This document shows positions 19,241 through 28,387 of a stretch of 64,000 nucleotides of DNA, one piece after another. Each line of letters starts with the position of its first letter. The stretch's first letter is position 1. The stretch is taken from positions 3,648,001 through 3,712,000 of the forward strand of contig OY771506.1 in the NCBI GenBank assembly GCA_963674705.1. The letters are read 5' to 3'. This DNA comes from Phycisphaeraceae bacterium. Lineage in GTDB: Bacteria > Planctomycetota > Phycisphaerae > Phycisphaerales > Phycisphaeraceae. The notes beneath the pieces are model-generated. The model was not told the DNA's origin. It worked only from the letters and a program-made list of their open reading frames with translations, and ran no database searches. A program made the translations under genes and the position numbers.

Positions 19241-22200
19241 ATGACTCAGCAGTCCAACCAATCAGTACAGGAGCAGCCGCAGGTCCAAGGGGGCTCGGCC
19301 CTGACGCGATTGGGTGAATTGCTCGGACCTCATAAGTACATGCTCGGCCTCGCGGTCCTGATGCTCATCGGGCTGACCGCGGTCAACATCATCATCCCCC
19401 AACTCATCGCGATCGTCTTCGACGAGGTCTTCGAGACCGGCAACTGGATGCTGCTGTTCACCGTGCTCGCCACCATGCTCGGTCTCTACCTCCTGCGCAA
19501 CCTGCTCTACTTCGGCGGCAAGACCATCTCCGTGAGCATCGGTGAGAACCTGTGCTTCGGTTTGCGTAAGCAACTGTTCGAGCGGCTCCAGCACATGAGC
19601 CTGCGTTACTACCAGCACCACAAGCCCGGGCAACTTTCCAGCCGGGTCATGAACGACAGCTACGTCATACAGCAGTTCATCCAGAACGAGTTCCCGACGC
19701 TGATCCAGGCGTTGTTGCTGTTTCTGGGGATCGTGGCGACGACGTACGCGATGAACTGGCAACTCGCCTTGGCGTCGACGATCCTGCTGCCGCTGCACAT
19801 GGCGGCGTTCTACTACATGCGTCGGCCTATCAAGAAGGCGAGCCGGGCCGCGCAGAGCCACCTTGCGGACGCCACCGGCAACCTGATCGAAAAGTTCCTC
19901 GGTATCGAAGTCGTCAAAGGATTCGTCGGCGAGGAAAGAGAGAACGCCGCGTTCGAAGAAGCGATCGACCTGTCTCGCAAGAGCGAGAAGCGTGGCCAGC
20001 AGTTCCATGTGCTACAGAAGGTTTTGGCCGACCTGCTCGTGGGGCTCGGTTTCGCCATGCTGATCGGTTTCGGCGCGTACCAGGTGTTCGGCGTTCCGGC
20101 GAGCAGGGCGCTGGCGCCCGGTGAATTCATCGCGTTCTTCTGGTACGTCCGCATGCTCTACCCGACCGTCATCGAAATGATGAGCGGTTCAGCCAAGCTG
20201 GCCAAAACCAGCGCGAGCATCGACCGCGTGTATGAAGTGCTCGACCTGACGCCCGATGAGATCCTCGAAGAAGCGCAGCGCGTCGAGGCGATCAAAGGCG
20301 GGTTGGAATTCAAGAACGTGTTCTTCAAGTTCGGCGACGGGGCGGATGTGCTCGAGGATATCAGCTTTAAGGTCGAGCCCGGGCAGGTCTGTGCGGTGGT
20401 CGGCCCATCCGGCGCAGGTAAGAGCACGCTGATGAGCCTGGTCCCACGCATGAACGTGCCCACGCAGGGTGAATTGCTGATGGACGGCGAAAACACCGCC
20501 GAGATGCCGCTGCACCACATCCGCACGACGGTCGGCATGGCGTTCCAGGAGGCGTTCCTCTTCAGCAGCTCCATCCTGGAAAACCTGCGATACGCCCGGC
20601 CCGACGCGACACGCGAAGAGGTCGAGAACGTGCTCAAGCGCATCGGCCTGCACAAGTTTGTCGAAGAACTGCCGCAAGGCTATGACACGATGGTTGGTGA
20701 TGAAGGGCTGAGCCTGTCCCGCGGGCAGAAGCAGATGATCACCCTCGCACGCGCCATCCTCAAAGACCCCAAGGTGCTGATCCTCGACGAGGCGACTGCT
20801 TCGATCGACATCGCACAGGAAGCCGCGATCATCCCCGTGATCCTGGACTTCATGAAAGGCAAGACGACGCTGATGGTTACTCACCGCCCCGAACTGCTCA
20901 AGCACGTTGACAAGGTTGTACATCTGGAAGGCGGAAGAGTCGTGTACGACGGTCCACCGGAAGGATTCGATGCCGAAGCATTCACGACGTCCAAGCCCCT
21001 GATCCTGCCAACGGATGAACGTGTCGAAAATCGCGGCCCACAGCACCGGTCTCTGCGTCCGGGTAGTAGTGCGCTCAACCTGTTAGCGATCGGCCTGCTC
21101 AGCGCATTGACCATGTTAGGTGGTACACAACCGATCTATGCCGCCGAGGGCGACGCCGCTGCTGCGCCCGCTGAAACCAAACAAGCTGAGCCCGCACCCG
21201 AAGCGAAAAAAGATGAGCCCAAGCAAGAAGAAGCTAAACCACAGCCCGCTGCCGAAAAACCTGCCGAAAAACCTGCTCCGAAACCCGCCGCCGCACCCGC
21301 GCCAAAGCCGCCCGTTGGCCAGATGATCTCGATGCCCAACACGAGCCGTAACGAGCTGCGCGAACTCATCGACGTCGTCGCGTCTCGCATCCGTGCCGAG
21401 ATGGGTTACGAAACTGCCTCCGGCGAGCAGGTCGCCCTCATCAAACAAACCCCCGATAATCTCAGCTCTCCTGTCACGCTTACAAAACAAGACGGCGACA
21501 ACACCCGGCTCATACAACTCGGCTCCAAGAGCTACCTCAGCCAACCCGGCCAGGTCTGGCTGTTCGGCCAGATGATCACCAGCAACAGCGTCATCGAAAA
21601 CACGGACATCGCCAAAGTCGTTCCCATGATCCAGACAGCCGGCAAAGCTCAGGAAGAACAAGCCAAGAACATTAGTCTGGCTGATCTGAAGTCGGCACGG
21701 ATCGAACTCAGCTACATCGAGGCCGACCGTTGCCTCGGCGTGCTTAAAGGCCTCGGCATCCAGACCATCCAATACAAAAAAACCGGTGACGGCATCGGGC
21801 AGGCGAAACTCATCGAACCTACCGCGCAACTGGATATCAACAATCTCCCCGCCGTCATGCTCATGCCCGGGCCCGACGGCGTCGGACTCGTCGGTGGCTC
21901 ACAGGAGATGAAGTCCAAGACACTCACCGTTGCGCAGAGCCTCAACGACATGACCAGCGCCGCGCCCATGATGAACCTCATGGTCTTCTATAACCCGAGC
22001 CATCCCGAGCAATTCGCACGTGTACACGACCTGGTCCGCCGAACGATCGACGTCGCCTCCGGCCAGATCGTCATCGAGGCCATGGTCCTGGAGATCTCCG
22101 AGTCCGGCCTCAGACAACTCGGAGTTGAGTGGGAACTCGAAACGCCCTTCGGTTCCGATTCATCATTACGCAAAGTCGAATCCGTCCAGTTGGGCCGTCT

Positions 22201-23773
22201 ACCAAGCTTCACCGGCAACCCAGCCCTTGACGCTACTTTCGTAGGCCTGAACAATCACTGGAAAGCACAAATCCAGGCCATGGTCACCTCCGGCCAGGCC
22301 GAAATCCTCTCTCGCCCCAGCGTGCTCACGCTCGACAACCGCCAGGCATCGATCCGTGTCGGCGAGGAAATCCCCATCGCTACCAGCGTCACCGGCACCA
22401 GCGGCGGCGACAAGGTCAGCTTCAGCTTCGAATATATCCCCGTCGGCATCATCCTCAACGTCAGGCCCCGCGTCAGCGCCGACGGCGAAGACGTCAGCAT
22501 GCAGATCGATGCCATCGTCTCCTCGGAAGTCCCCGGCGAAGAACTGGTCCTGCTTGATAACAACGGCGACGAACTCGCCCGCGCGCCGCGCATCGCTTCA
22601 CGCCGCGTCCAGACGCACACACGCATCTCCAACAACACGCCCTTCATCATCGGCGGGCTGGTCAGCAAAGATACGATCAATACCGAAGAGAAAGTCCCGC
22701 TGCTCGGCGACATCCCGATCGTCGGCAACCTCTTCAAGAGCAGCACCAACGACAGGCTCAAACGCGAAGTCATCATCGTCATCACGCCTTACGTCCTGCC
22801 CAAGAACCAGGTCGTCGGCCGCAACACTCCCGAAGACGAAGACGCCTTCGACAGCTTCGATAACGAGCTGTTCCGCGATGCCTACCGCATCCGCGCTGAA
22901 GATGTCTTCGACCTGCGCTTCCTCTTCGAAAACCTGCAGGTCCACAAGATGCTGCGCATGGCCGACCAGATCCTCAACCGCCGGCCCGACTGGGCTTACA
23001 AGTATCCCTTCTCCCAGTTCGCGGATAACCGCATCCCCGGCGAGCGCATCCTTGTCTACCGACAGATCTATGAAGTCATCAAACGCCGAGGCATCGATCA
23101 GAAAACCAACCCCAGCCGGTTGATCTACTTCAAGGATGCGCCCGAGCAGCCCGCAGGTTTCGAGGTCAAGTTCCTCGAGCAATCCCTCGCCAAGATGCTC
23201 GGTGTATCAAAGCCCGCGATACCGATCGGCGATGATTGGCTCTTCGGCAACCTCAAGGATCAGGCCGTCGCCATCACCTTTACCGAGCAACCCTTCGACG
23301 GCGCTATTGACGCGCCCACGCAACCCGTGCCCGATGTCAGCCTTGTTGAATGCCACGACCGCGACGAGTGGGGGGCCTTGCTCTGGGAACTCAACCAACC
23401 CAACAGCCAGGGCCAGCGCCGATTCACTATCCTCCTCAAGGATGGCCGAGACATCGCACGCCTTCGTCGTGCCGTCGTCGTCAAGCAGACCGTCCAGCTC
23501 AACGCCACGCATCAATCGCTGCGTCTGCGCAACTTCACGCAGGGTCGCCTGCTGCTGGTGCCGACAATTAAAGACGATCAGGTATTTTTGATTGACGAAG
23601 ACGTCGCCCAGTACTTCTTCTACACCGAGCACTACTACCCCGCCCTGCAGAGCGAACTGCAACGCGACATGGAAGCACTGCATAATGCCCTGCAAGACCC
23701 GGAATACAGCAGCTACCTGGACGATCCGGATATGGTCAACAAACCCATCCCCTGGCGTCCGACCGGCAGGTAA
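19241..23773 (+). CDS. ABC exporter (TMD+NBD) fused to a secretin (GspD/PilQ-like) with C-terminal extension
   Basis: MsbA-like TMD; Walker A GPSGAGKS (aa ~388); signature LSRGQ; Walker B ILDE; H-loop VTHR. Secretin core QIVIEAMVLEIS, ILSRPSVLTLDNRQASIRVGEEIP, VGIILNVRPRV, IIGGL, KVPLLGDIPIVGNLFKS, REVIIVITP. No stop codon between the domains. Confidence 0.9.
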   Translation: MTQQSNQSVQEQPQVQGGSALTRLGELLGPHKYMLGLAVLMLIGLTAVNIIIPQLIAIVFDEVFETGNWMLLFTVLATMLGLYLLRNLLYFGGKTISVSIGENLCFGLRKQLFERLQHMSLRYYQHHKPGQLSSRVMNDSYVIQQFIQNEFPTLIQALLLFLGIVATTYAMNWQLALASTILLPLHMAAFYYMRRPIKKASRAAQSHLADATGNLIEKFLGIEVVKGFVGEERENAAFEEAIDLSRKSEKRGQQFHVLQKVLADLLVGLGFAMLIGFGAYQVFGVPASRALAPGEFIAFFWYVRMLYPTVIEMMSGSAKLAKTSASIDRVYEVLDLTPDEILEEAQRVEAIKGGLEFKNVFFKFGDGADVLEDISFKVEPGQVCAVVGPSGAGKSTLMSLVPRMNVPTQGELLMDGENTAEMPLHHIRTTVGMAFQEAFLFSSSILENLRYARPDATREEVENVLKRIGLHKFVEELPQGYDTMVGDEGLSLSRGQKQMITLARAILKDPKVLILDEATASIDIAQEAAIIPVILDFMKGKTTLMVTHRPELLKHVDKVVHLEGGRVVYDGPPEGFDAEAFTTSKPLILPTDERVENRGPQHRSLRPGSSALNLLAIGLLSALTMLGGTQPIYAAEGDAAAAPAETKQAEPAPEAKKDEPKQEEAKPQPAAEKPAEKPAPKPAAAPAPKPPVGQMISMPNTSRNELRELIDVVASRIRAEMGYETASGEQVALIKQTPDNLSSPVTLTKQDGDNTRLIQLGSKSYLSQPGQVWLFGQMITSNSVIENTDIAKVVPMIQTAGKAQEEQAKNISLADLKSARIELSYIEADRCLGVLKGLGIQTIQYKKTGDGIGQAKLIEPTAQLDINNLPAVMLMPGPDGVGLVGGSQEMKSKTLTVAQSLNDMTSAAPMMNLMVFYNPSHPEQFARVHDLVRRTIDVASGQIVIEAMVLEISESGLRQLGVEWELETPFGSDSSLRKVESVQLGRLPSFTGNPALDATFVGLNNHWKAQIQAMVTSGQAEILSRPSVLTLDNRQASIRVGEEIPIATSVTGTSGGDKVSFSFEYIPVGIILNVRPRVSADGEDVSMQIDAIVSSEVPGEELVLLDNNGDELARAPRIASRRVQTHTRISNNTPFIIGGLVSKDTINTEEKVPLLGDIPIVGNLFKSSTNDRLKREVIIVITPYVLPKNQVVGRNTPEDEDAFDSFDNELFRDAYRIRAEDVFDLRFLFENLQVHKMLRMADQILNRRPDWAYKYPFSQFADNRIPGERILVYRQIYEVIKRRGIDQKTNPSRLIYFKDAPEQPAGFEVKFLEQSLAKMLGVSKPAIPIGDDWLFGNLKDQAVAITFTEQPFDGAIDAPTQPVPDVSLVECHDRDEWGALLWELNQPNSQGQRRFTILLKDGRDIARLRRAVVVKQTVQLNATHQSLRLRNFTQGRLLLVPTIKDDQVFLIDEDVAQYFFYTEHYYPALQSELQRDMEALHNALQDPEYSSYLDDPDMVNKPIPWRPTGR

Positions 23774-23854
23774 ATCGCGGCAAGCATGTTTAGAATAAAA
23801 ACTATCCTTGTCCGATGAGTGCTGTTTTACAGGATAATTCTGTCTACTCATGGG

Positions 23855-23882
23855 TTGATTAAACCCGCAATCATCCTATATT
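23855..23882 (+). promoter_or_regulatory. Possible sigma70-like promoter for the beta-barrel gene
   Basis: TTGATT (23855-60), 16-nt spacer, TATATT (23877-82). Confidence 0.3.
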
Positions 23883-23995
23883 ACCCGCGTGTACACCATC
23901 CGATTGCAGGGGTAGGGCGGACCAACTCCATGATCGATGCGTGAGAGATCTGACATCCGCTAATCAACTATCGCGAACACTTGAAAGGAATCCCA

Positions 23996-24904
23996 ATGTT
24001 TCACGTCACACGTTTAGGATTGCTCGCGGCTGCCTGCGTTGCAGTCCCCGTACTTTCCCAATCGTCCGCTTCTGCGCAGCACGCCAACTTCGTGCTCTTC
24101 GGCGATCCGAATCCCGCCGCCGCGAATGTCCCCGATTCGCAGAAGCACGTCCACCCCATCACCACCCCGTATTACAACGAAGACTCCTTCGTCACCTCCG
24201 ACGTCCGTGCCTGGTTTGTCTACCACGACTTCCCCAAGTCCAGCGTCATCAACGGCGGTAACGCAAAGGTCTACGCCGCTCAGGTCCGCCTCGCCCTGAC
24301 CGATCAACTCCAGTTCGTCGCCTACAAAGACGGCTACATCGATTGGGACTCCGGCCTCATCAAGGACGACGGCTGGAACGACATCGCCGCCGGCATCAAG
24401 TGGAACTTCATCCAGGACTGGGAAAACCAGTTCCACATGGCTGCCGGTATCGGCTACGAAATCCCCACCGGCGGCTCCGATGTCCTCCAGGACGACGACG
24501 AGTGGCGCTTCTGGGTCTCCGCCAACAAGGGCTTTGAAGAGCTGCACCTCGGCGGCACACTCAACTACATCGTCTCCGATCAACCCAACCAACGCCTCGG
24601 TAACTCCGATCAACTCATCTGGAACGTCCACCTCGACTACTACGTCAGTGAGTTCTTCAGCCCGGTCGTCGAACTCAACGGCTTCCACGTCCTCGACGAC
24701 GGCGGCGTCGTGGTCCCGTTCTCCGGACTCGACGTGGTTAACCTCGGCGGTAACGAAAACGAAGACGTCGTCACCCTCGGCCTGGGCACGGAACTGCGGC
24801 CCAACGATCTGATGTCGATCCGCGTTGCTTATGAAACACCGCTGACCGACAACGACGACCTCTACGGCTACCGCTGGACGTTCTCCCTCGTTTGGCCGTT
24901 CTGA
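23996..24904 (+). CDS. Outer-membrane beta-barrel protein
   Basis: Signal peptide ending ASA, RBS GAAAGGA, alternating aromatic/polar beta-strands (GWNDIAAGIKWNF...GIGYEIPTG), C-terminal YRWTFSLVWPF (BamA-type terminal Phe). Confidence 0.75.
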   Translation: MFHVTRLGLLAAACVAVPVLSQSSASAQHANFVLFGDPNPAAANVPDSQKHVHPITTPYYNEDSFVTSDVRAWFVYHDFPKSSVINGGNAKVYAAQVRLALTDQLQFVAYKDGYIDWDSGLIKDDGWNDIAAGIKWNFIQDWENQFHMAAGIGYEIPTGGSDVLQDDDEWRFWVSANKGFEELHLGGTLNYIVSDQPNQRLGNSDQLIWNVHLDYYVSEFFSPVVELNGFHVLDDGGVVVPFSGLDVVNLGGNENEDVVTLGLGTELRPNDLMSIRVAYETPLTDNDDLYGYRWTFSLVWPF

Positions 24905-24956
24905 TGATTCAAAAACAAACATCCCGGGCGGGAACGGTTTGTTGTTAATAACTCAC

Positions 24957-24993
24957 CAGCCGCCCCGCGCACCCACGCGGGGCGGCTGTCTTA
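24957..24993 (+). terminator. GC-rich hairpin, probable intrinsic terminator
   Basis: 13-bp perfect stem CAGCCGCCCCGCG / CGCGGGGCGGCTG, followed by a weak TCTT tail. Confidence 0.6.
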
Positions 24994-25107
24994 GGTGACA
25001 GTGGTCTGATAAAAAGATAGACTCCCCATTGCTTTATTGCCGACTTATGTCTCAGGTCGGGCGGACATGCTCAGGGCGGATGGACCAAGTTCAGGAGAGA
25101 TGCGCCG

Positions 25108-27498
25108 GTGACAGCCTCACAGACATTGGATGCAACCCCGGATTCACCGGGCAAGCTCGAAAAATTTACCTATGACGACAAGATCGTGAGGGCATTCCTC
25201 CTTGCGACCATTGTCTGGGCCCTGGTCGCGTTCCTCGTCGGCATCATCGCCGCGATCGAACTGGCCTTCCCCGAAGCCAGCATGGGCATCCCGTACATCA
25301 CGTTCGGACGCCTCCGACCGCTGCACACCAACGCCGCCATATTCGCCTTCGCCGGCAACACCATCTTCGCGGGTATCTACTACTCCACCCAGCGCCTCTG
25401 TAAAGCGCGGATGGCCAGCGACCTGCTCAGTTGGCTTCACTTCTGGGGCTGGCAACTCATCATCGTCTCCGCTGCGCTCACGCTGCCGCTGGGTATCACC
25501 CAGAGCAAGGAATACGCCGAGCTCGAATGGCCCATCGACATCGCCATCGCTGTCGTCTGGCTCGTTTTCTTCGGCGGCAACTTCTTCTGGACGCTCGCCA
25601 AACGCCGCGAACGACACCTCTACGTCGCACTGTGGTTCTACATCGCTACGATCGTCACCGTCACGATCCTGCACGTATTCAATAACCTCTGGTTCCCGCT
25701 GGTTGCCACCGGCAAGCCCGGCACGTTCTTCGGCTACCTCAAGAGCTACCCCGTCTACGCAGGCGTCCAGGACGCGTTCATGCAGTGGTGGTACGGCCAC
25801 AACGCCGTTGCCTTCTTCCTCACCACCCCGTTCCTCGGCCTCATGTACTACTTCATGCCCAAGGCCGCCGACCGCCCCGTCTTCAGCTACAAGCTCTCCA
25901 TCCTGCACTTCTGGTCACTGGTCTTCATCTACATCTGGGCCGGCCCGCACCACCTGCACTACACCGCGCTTCCTGAATGGGCCTCCACCCTCGGCATGAT
26001 CTTCAGCCTCATGCTATGGATGCCAAGCTGGGGCGGCATGATCAACGGCCTGCTTACCCTCCGCGGCGCCTGGCACAAGGTCGCCACCGATCCGATCCTC
26101 AAGTTCTTCGTCGTCGCCGTCACGTTCTACGGCATGAGCACCTTCGAAGGGCCCATGCTCTCCATCAAGAGCGTCAACGCACTATCGCACTACACCGACT
26201 GGACCATCGCACACGTCCACGCCGGCGCACTGGGCTGGAACGGGTTCATGGCCTTCGGCATGATGTACTTCCTGCTGCCGCGACTCTTCCAGACCAAACT
26301 CTTCAGCAAGCAACTCGCCGAGCTGCACTTCTGGCTCGCGACCGTTGGCATCCTGCTCTACATCATCCCGATCTACGTCGCCGGCATCACGCAGGGCCTC
26401 ATGTGGCGCGGCATGACCGACCAGGGCCAACTGCTTTACCCCGACTTCGTCGAGACCGTCACGCACATCGTCCCGATGTACTACCTGCGAATCCTCGGCG
26501 GCCTCTGCTACTTCGGCGGCGCCGCCATCGGTTTCTACAACTACATCATGACCTGGAAGGCTCGCCCCGAGAAGTACGAAGAGCCCGTCCACCAGGCCCC
26601 GGCGCTCAGCGCCACCTACGACGACGGCCCGCCGCCTCATTCTCGTCTCAAGGGTGTCACCGACCTCGGGCACAAGATCGACATCTTCATGCAGATGAAG
26701 TGGCACCGCCGATGGGAACGGCTCATGGTTACCTTCACCATTTGGGTCATCATCTCCGTCTCCGTCGCCTCGCTGTTTGAAATCATCCCCACGTTCCTGA
26801 TCCGCTCGAACGTGCCGACGATCGCAACCGTCACGCCTTACACGCCGTTGGAACTCGCCGGCCGGGATATCTACGTCTCCGAGGGCTGCTACAACTGCCA
26901 CTCGCAGATGATCCGACCGATGTTCCACGAAACCAAGCGCTACGGCGAATACTCCAAGCCCGGCGAATCCGTCTACGACCACCCGTTCCAGTGGGGCTCA
27001 CGCCGCATCGGTCCGGACCTGGCGCGTGAAGGCGGCAAGCAGTCGCCTTACTGGCACGTCATCCACTTCCGCAATCCACGTCTGCTCGTTGAGCAGTCCA
27101 TCATGCCCGAGTACTCCTGGCTCGAGAAGAAGGACGTCGACATCAAATCGATCCCACTCCGCGTCAAGGCCAACCGCATGATCGGCGCGGACTACGACGA
27201 CGAGGATGTGCAAAACGCGATCGAGCACGCCATGGCTCAAGCCGAACTCATCGCCGGCAAGATCAAGGAAGGTGCCGGCGGCGATACGACCATCGAAGGG
27301 CTTGTCATCAACAAAGACGGTAAGCAGCAGATCAAGGAAGTCGTCGCCGTGATCGCCTACCTGGAGCGGCTCGGTGTCGATTTGTTTAAGACGCCGGATG
27401 AACCCGCCACCGAAGAAGCGGAAACCGAAACCGCAGATCAGGATCAGGATGTGTCCCAGCCCGTCGGTGAACCCACCGCGATGAGGGCCGACGGATGA
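25108..27498 (+). CDS. ccoN: cbb3-type cytochrome c oxidase subunits I and II, fused (CcoN-CcoO)
   Basis: FGRLRPLHTN, QWWYGHNAVAF, WAGPHHLHY, WTIAHVHAGALGW; C-terminal CcoO EGCYNCHSQMIRP and WGSRRIGPDL. Confidence 0.96.
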   Translation: MTASQTLDATPDSPGKLEKFTYDDKIVRAFLLATIVWALVAFLVGIIAAIELAFPEASMGIPYITFGRLRPLHTNAAIFAFAGNTIFAGIYYSTQRLCKARMASDLLSWLHFWGWQLIIVSAALTLPLGITQSKEYAELEWPIDIAIAVVWLVFFGGNFFWTLAKRRERHLYVALWFYIATIVTVTILHVFNNLWFPLVATGKPGTFFGYLKSYPVYAGVQDAFMQWWYGHNAVAFFLTTPFLGLMYYFMPKAADRPVFSYKLSILHFWSLVFIYIWAGPHHLHYTALPEWASTLGMIFSLMLWMPSWGGMINGLLTLRGAWHKVATDPILKFFVVAVTFYGMSTFEGPMLSIKSVNALSHYTDWTIAHVHAGALGWNGFMAFGMMYFLLPRLFQTKLFSKQLAELHFWLATVGILLYIIPIYVAGITQGLMWRGMTDQGQLLYPDFVETVTHIVPMYYLRILGGLCYFGGAAIGFYNYIMTWKARPEKYEEPVHQAPALSATYDDGPPPHSRLKGVTDLGHKIDIFMQMKWHRRWERLMVTFTIWVIISVSVASLFEIIPTFLIRSNVPTIATVTPYTPLELAGRDIYVSEGCYNCHSQMIRPMFHETKRYGEYSKPGESVYDHPFQWGSRRIGPDLAREGGKQSPYWHVIHFRNPRLLVEQSIMPEYSWLEKKDVDIKSIPLRVKANRMIGADYDDEDVQNAIEHAMAQAELIAGKIKEGAGGDTTIEGLVINKDGKQQIKEVVAVIAYLERLGVDLFKTPDEPATEEAETETADQDQDVSQPVGEPTAMRADG

Positions 27499-27722
27499 TC
27501 AAGGATGTCCTGCAAAGCGGAAACTACGGCCTGTTCACGCAGATCGCGCTGGTGCTGTTCTTCCTCGCCTTCGTGGTCCTGCTCGTCATCAACTTCCTGC
27601 GCCCGCGAAGCCAGACCGACAAGATCGCTCGCCTGCCGCTTGAAGACGACGACAACATCACACCCATCACCCCAAGGACCGCCGAACCGATCGGCAACGG
27701 GCAGGGAGACCATAATCAATGA
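27495..27722 (+). CDS. ccoQ: cbb3-type oxidase subunit CcoQ
   Basis: Single TM helix followed by ARLPLEDD; position between ccoO and ccoP with ATGA overlaps. Confidence 0.8.
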   Translation: MIKDVLQSGNYGLFTQIALVLFFLAFVVLLVINFLRPRSQTDKIARLPLEDDDNITPITPRTAEPIGNGQGDHNQ

Positions 27723-28342
27723 GTGATGCCCCAACCACACCTGAAGTCTATGAAGACCCGTTGACCGATCACGAGTACGACGGCATACGTGAGTTCGACA
27801 ACCCCACGCCGGGTTGGTGGAACTGGCTGTTCATCGCTTCGATCATCTTCGCGATCTTCTACTTTGTCGCCCACCACATCGGCACCGCCGGTATCAGCGT
27901 CGAACAGGCTTATGAAAACCAGAAGAGCGAGGTCAGCAAGCGCATGCTCGCGCTGCTCGGTGACCTGCCGGTGAATGAAGAAACGATCATCGCCAACCAG
28001 AAAAACCAGGACCTTCTAGCGGTCGGCGCGGGTATCTTCCAGACGAATTGCGTTTCTTGCCATGGCAAGGAAGCCCAGGGTTTAGTCGGGCCGAATCTGA
28101 CCGATGACAAATACAAGAACGTGAAAACCATCGGCGATATCGGCGAGGTCTTGGTTAACGGTGCGAACAACGGCGCCATGCCTGCGTGGGGGAACAGGTT
28201 ACCCTCCACCGAAATCGTCGCTGTGTCGGTGTATGTCGCTTCACTGCGCGGCCAGAACCTGCAGGGTGTCTCAATCCAAGGTGAAGAACAAATCGCTCCG
28301 TGGCCCGCTCCGCCCGCGCAGCCGGTGGAAAACGCCGAATAA
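27719..28342 (+). CDS. ccoP: cbb3-type oxidase subunit III, monoheme CcoP
   Basis: DHEYDGIREFDNPTPGWW, one CVSCH, GPNLTD, MPAW. Confidence 0.92.
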   Translation: MSDAPTTPEVYEDPLTDHEYDGIREFDNPTPGWWNWLFIASIIFAIFYFVAHHIGTAGISVEQAYENQKSEVSKRMLALLGDLPVNEETIIANQKNQDLLAVGAGIFQTNCVSCHGKEAQGLVGPNLTDDKYKNVKTIGDIGEVLVNGANNGAMPAWGNRLPSTEIVAVSVYVASLRGQNLQGVSIQGEEQIAPWPAPPAQPVENAE

Positions 28343-28387
28343 CCCGGCCTAGAATCGGGCCCGAAACCACGAACATGGAACGCAACG

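Noticed and set aside
23855..23874. TTGATT...AATCA as an FNR box for the cco operon
   Set aside because: Spacing does not fit TTGAT-N4-ATCAA, and it is over 1.2 kb from ccoN with a hairpin in between.
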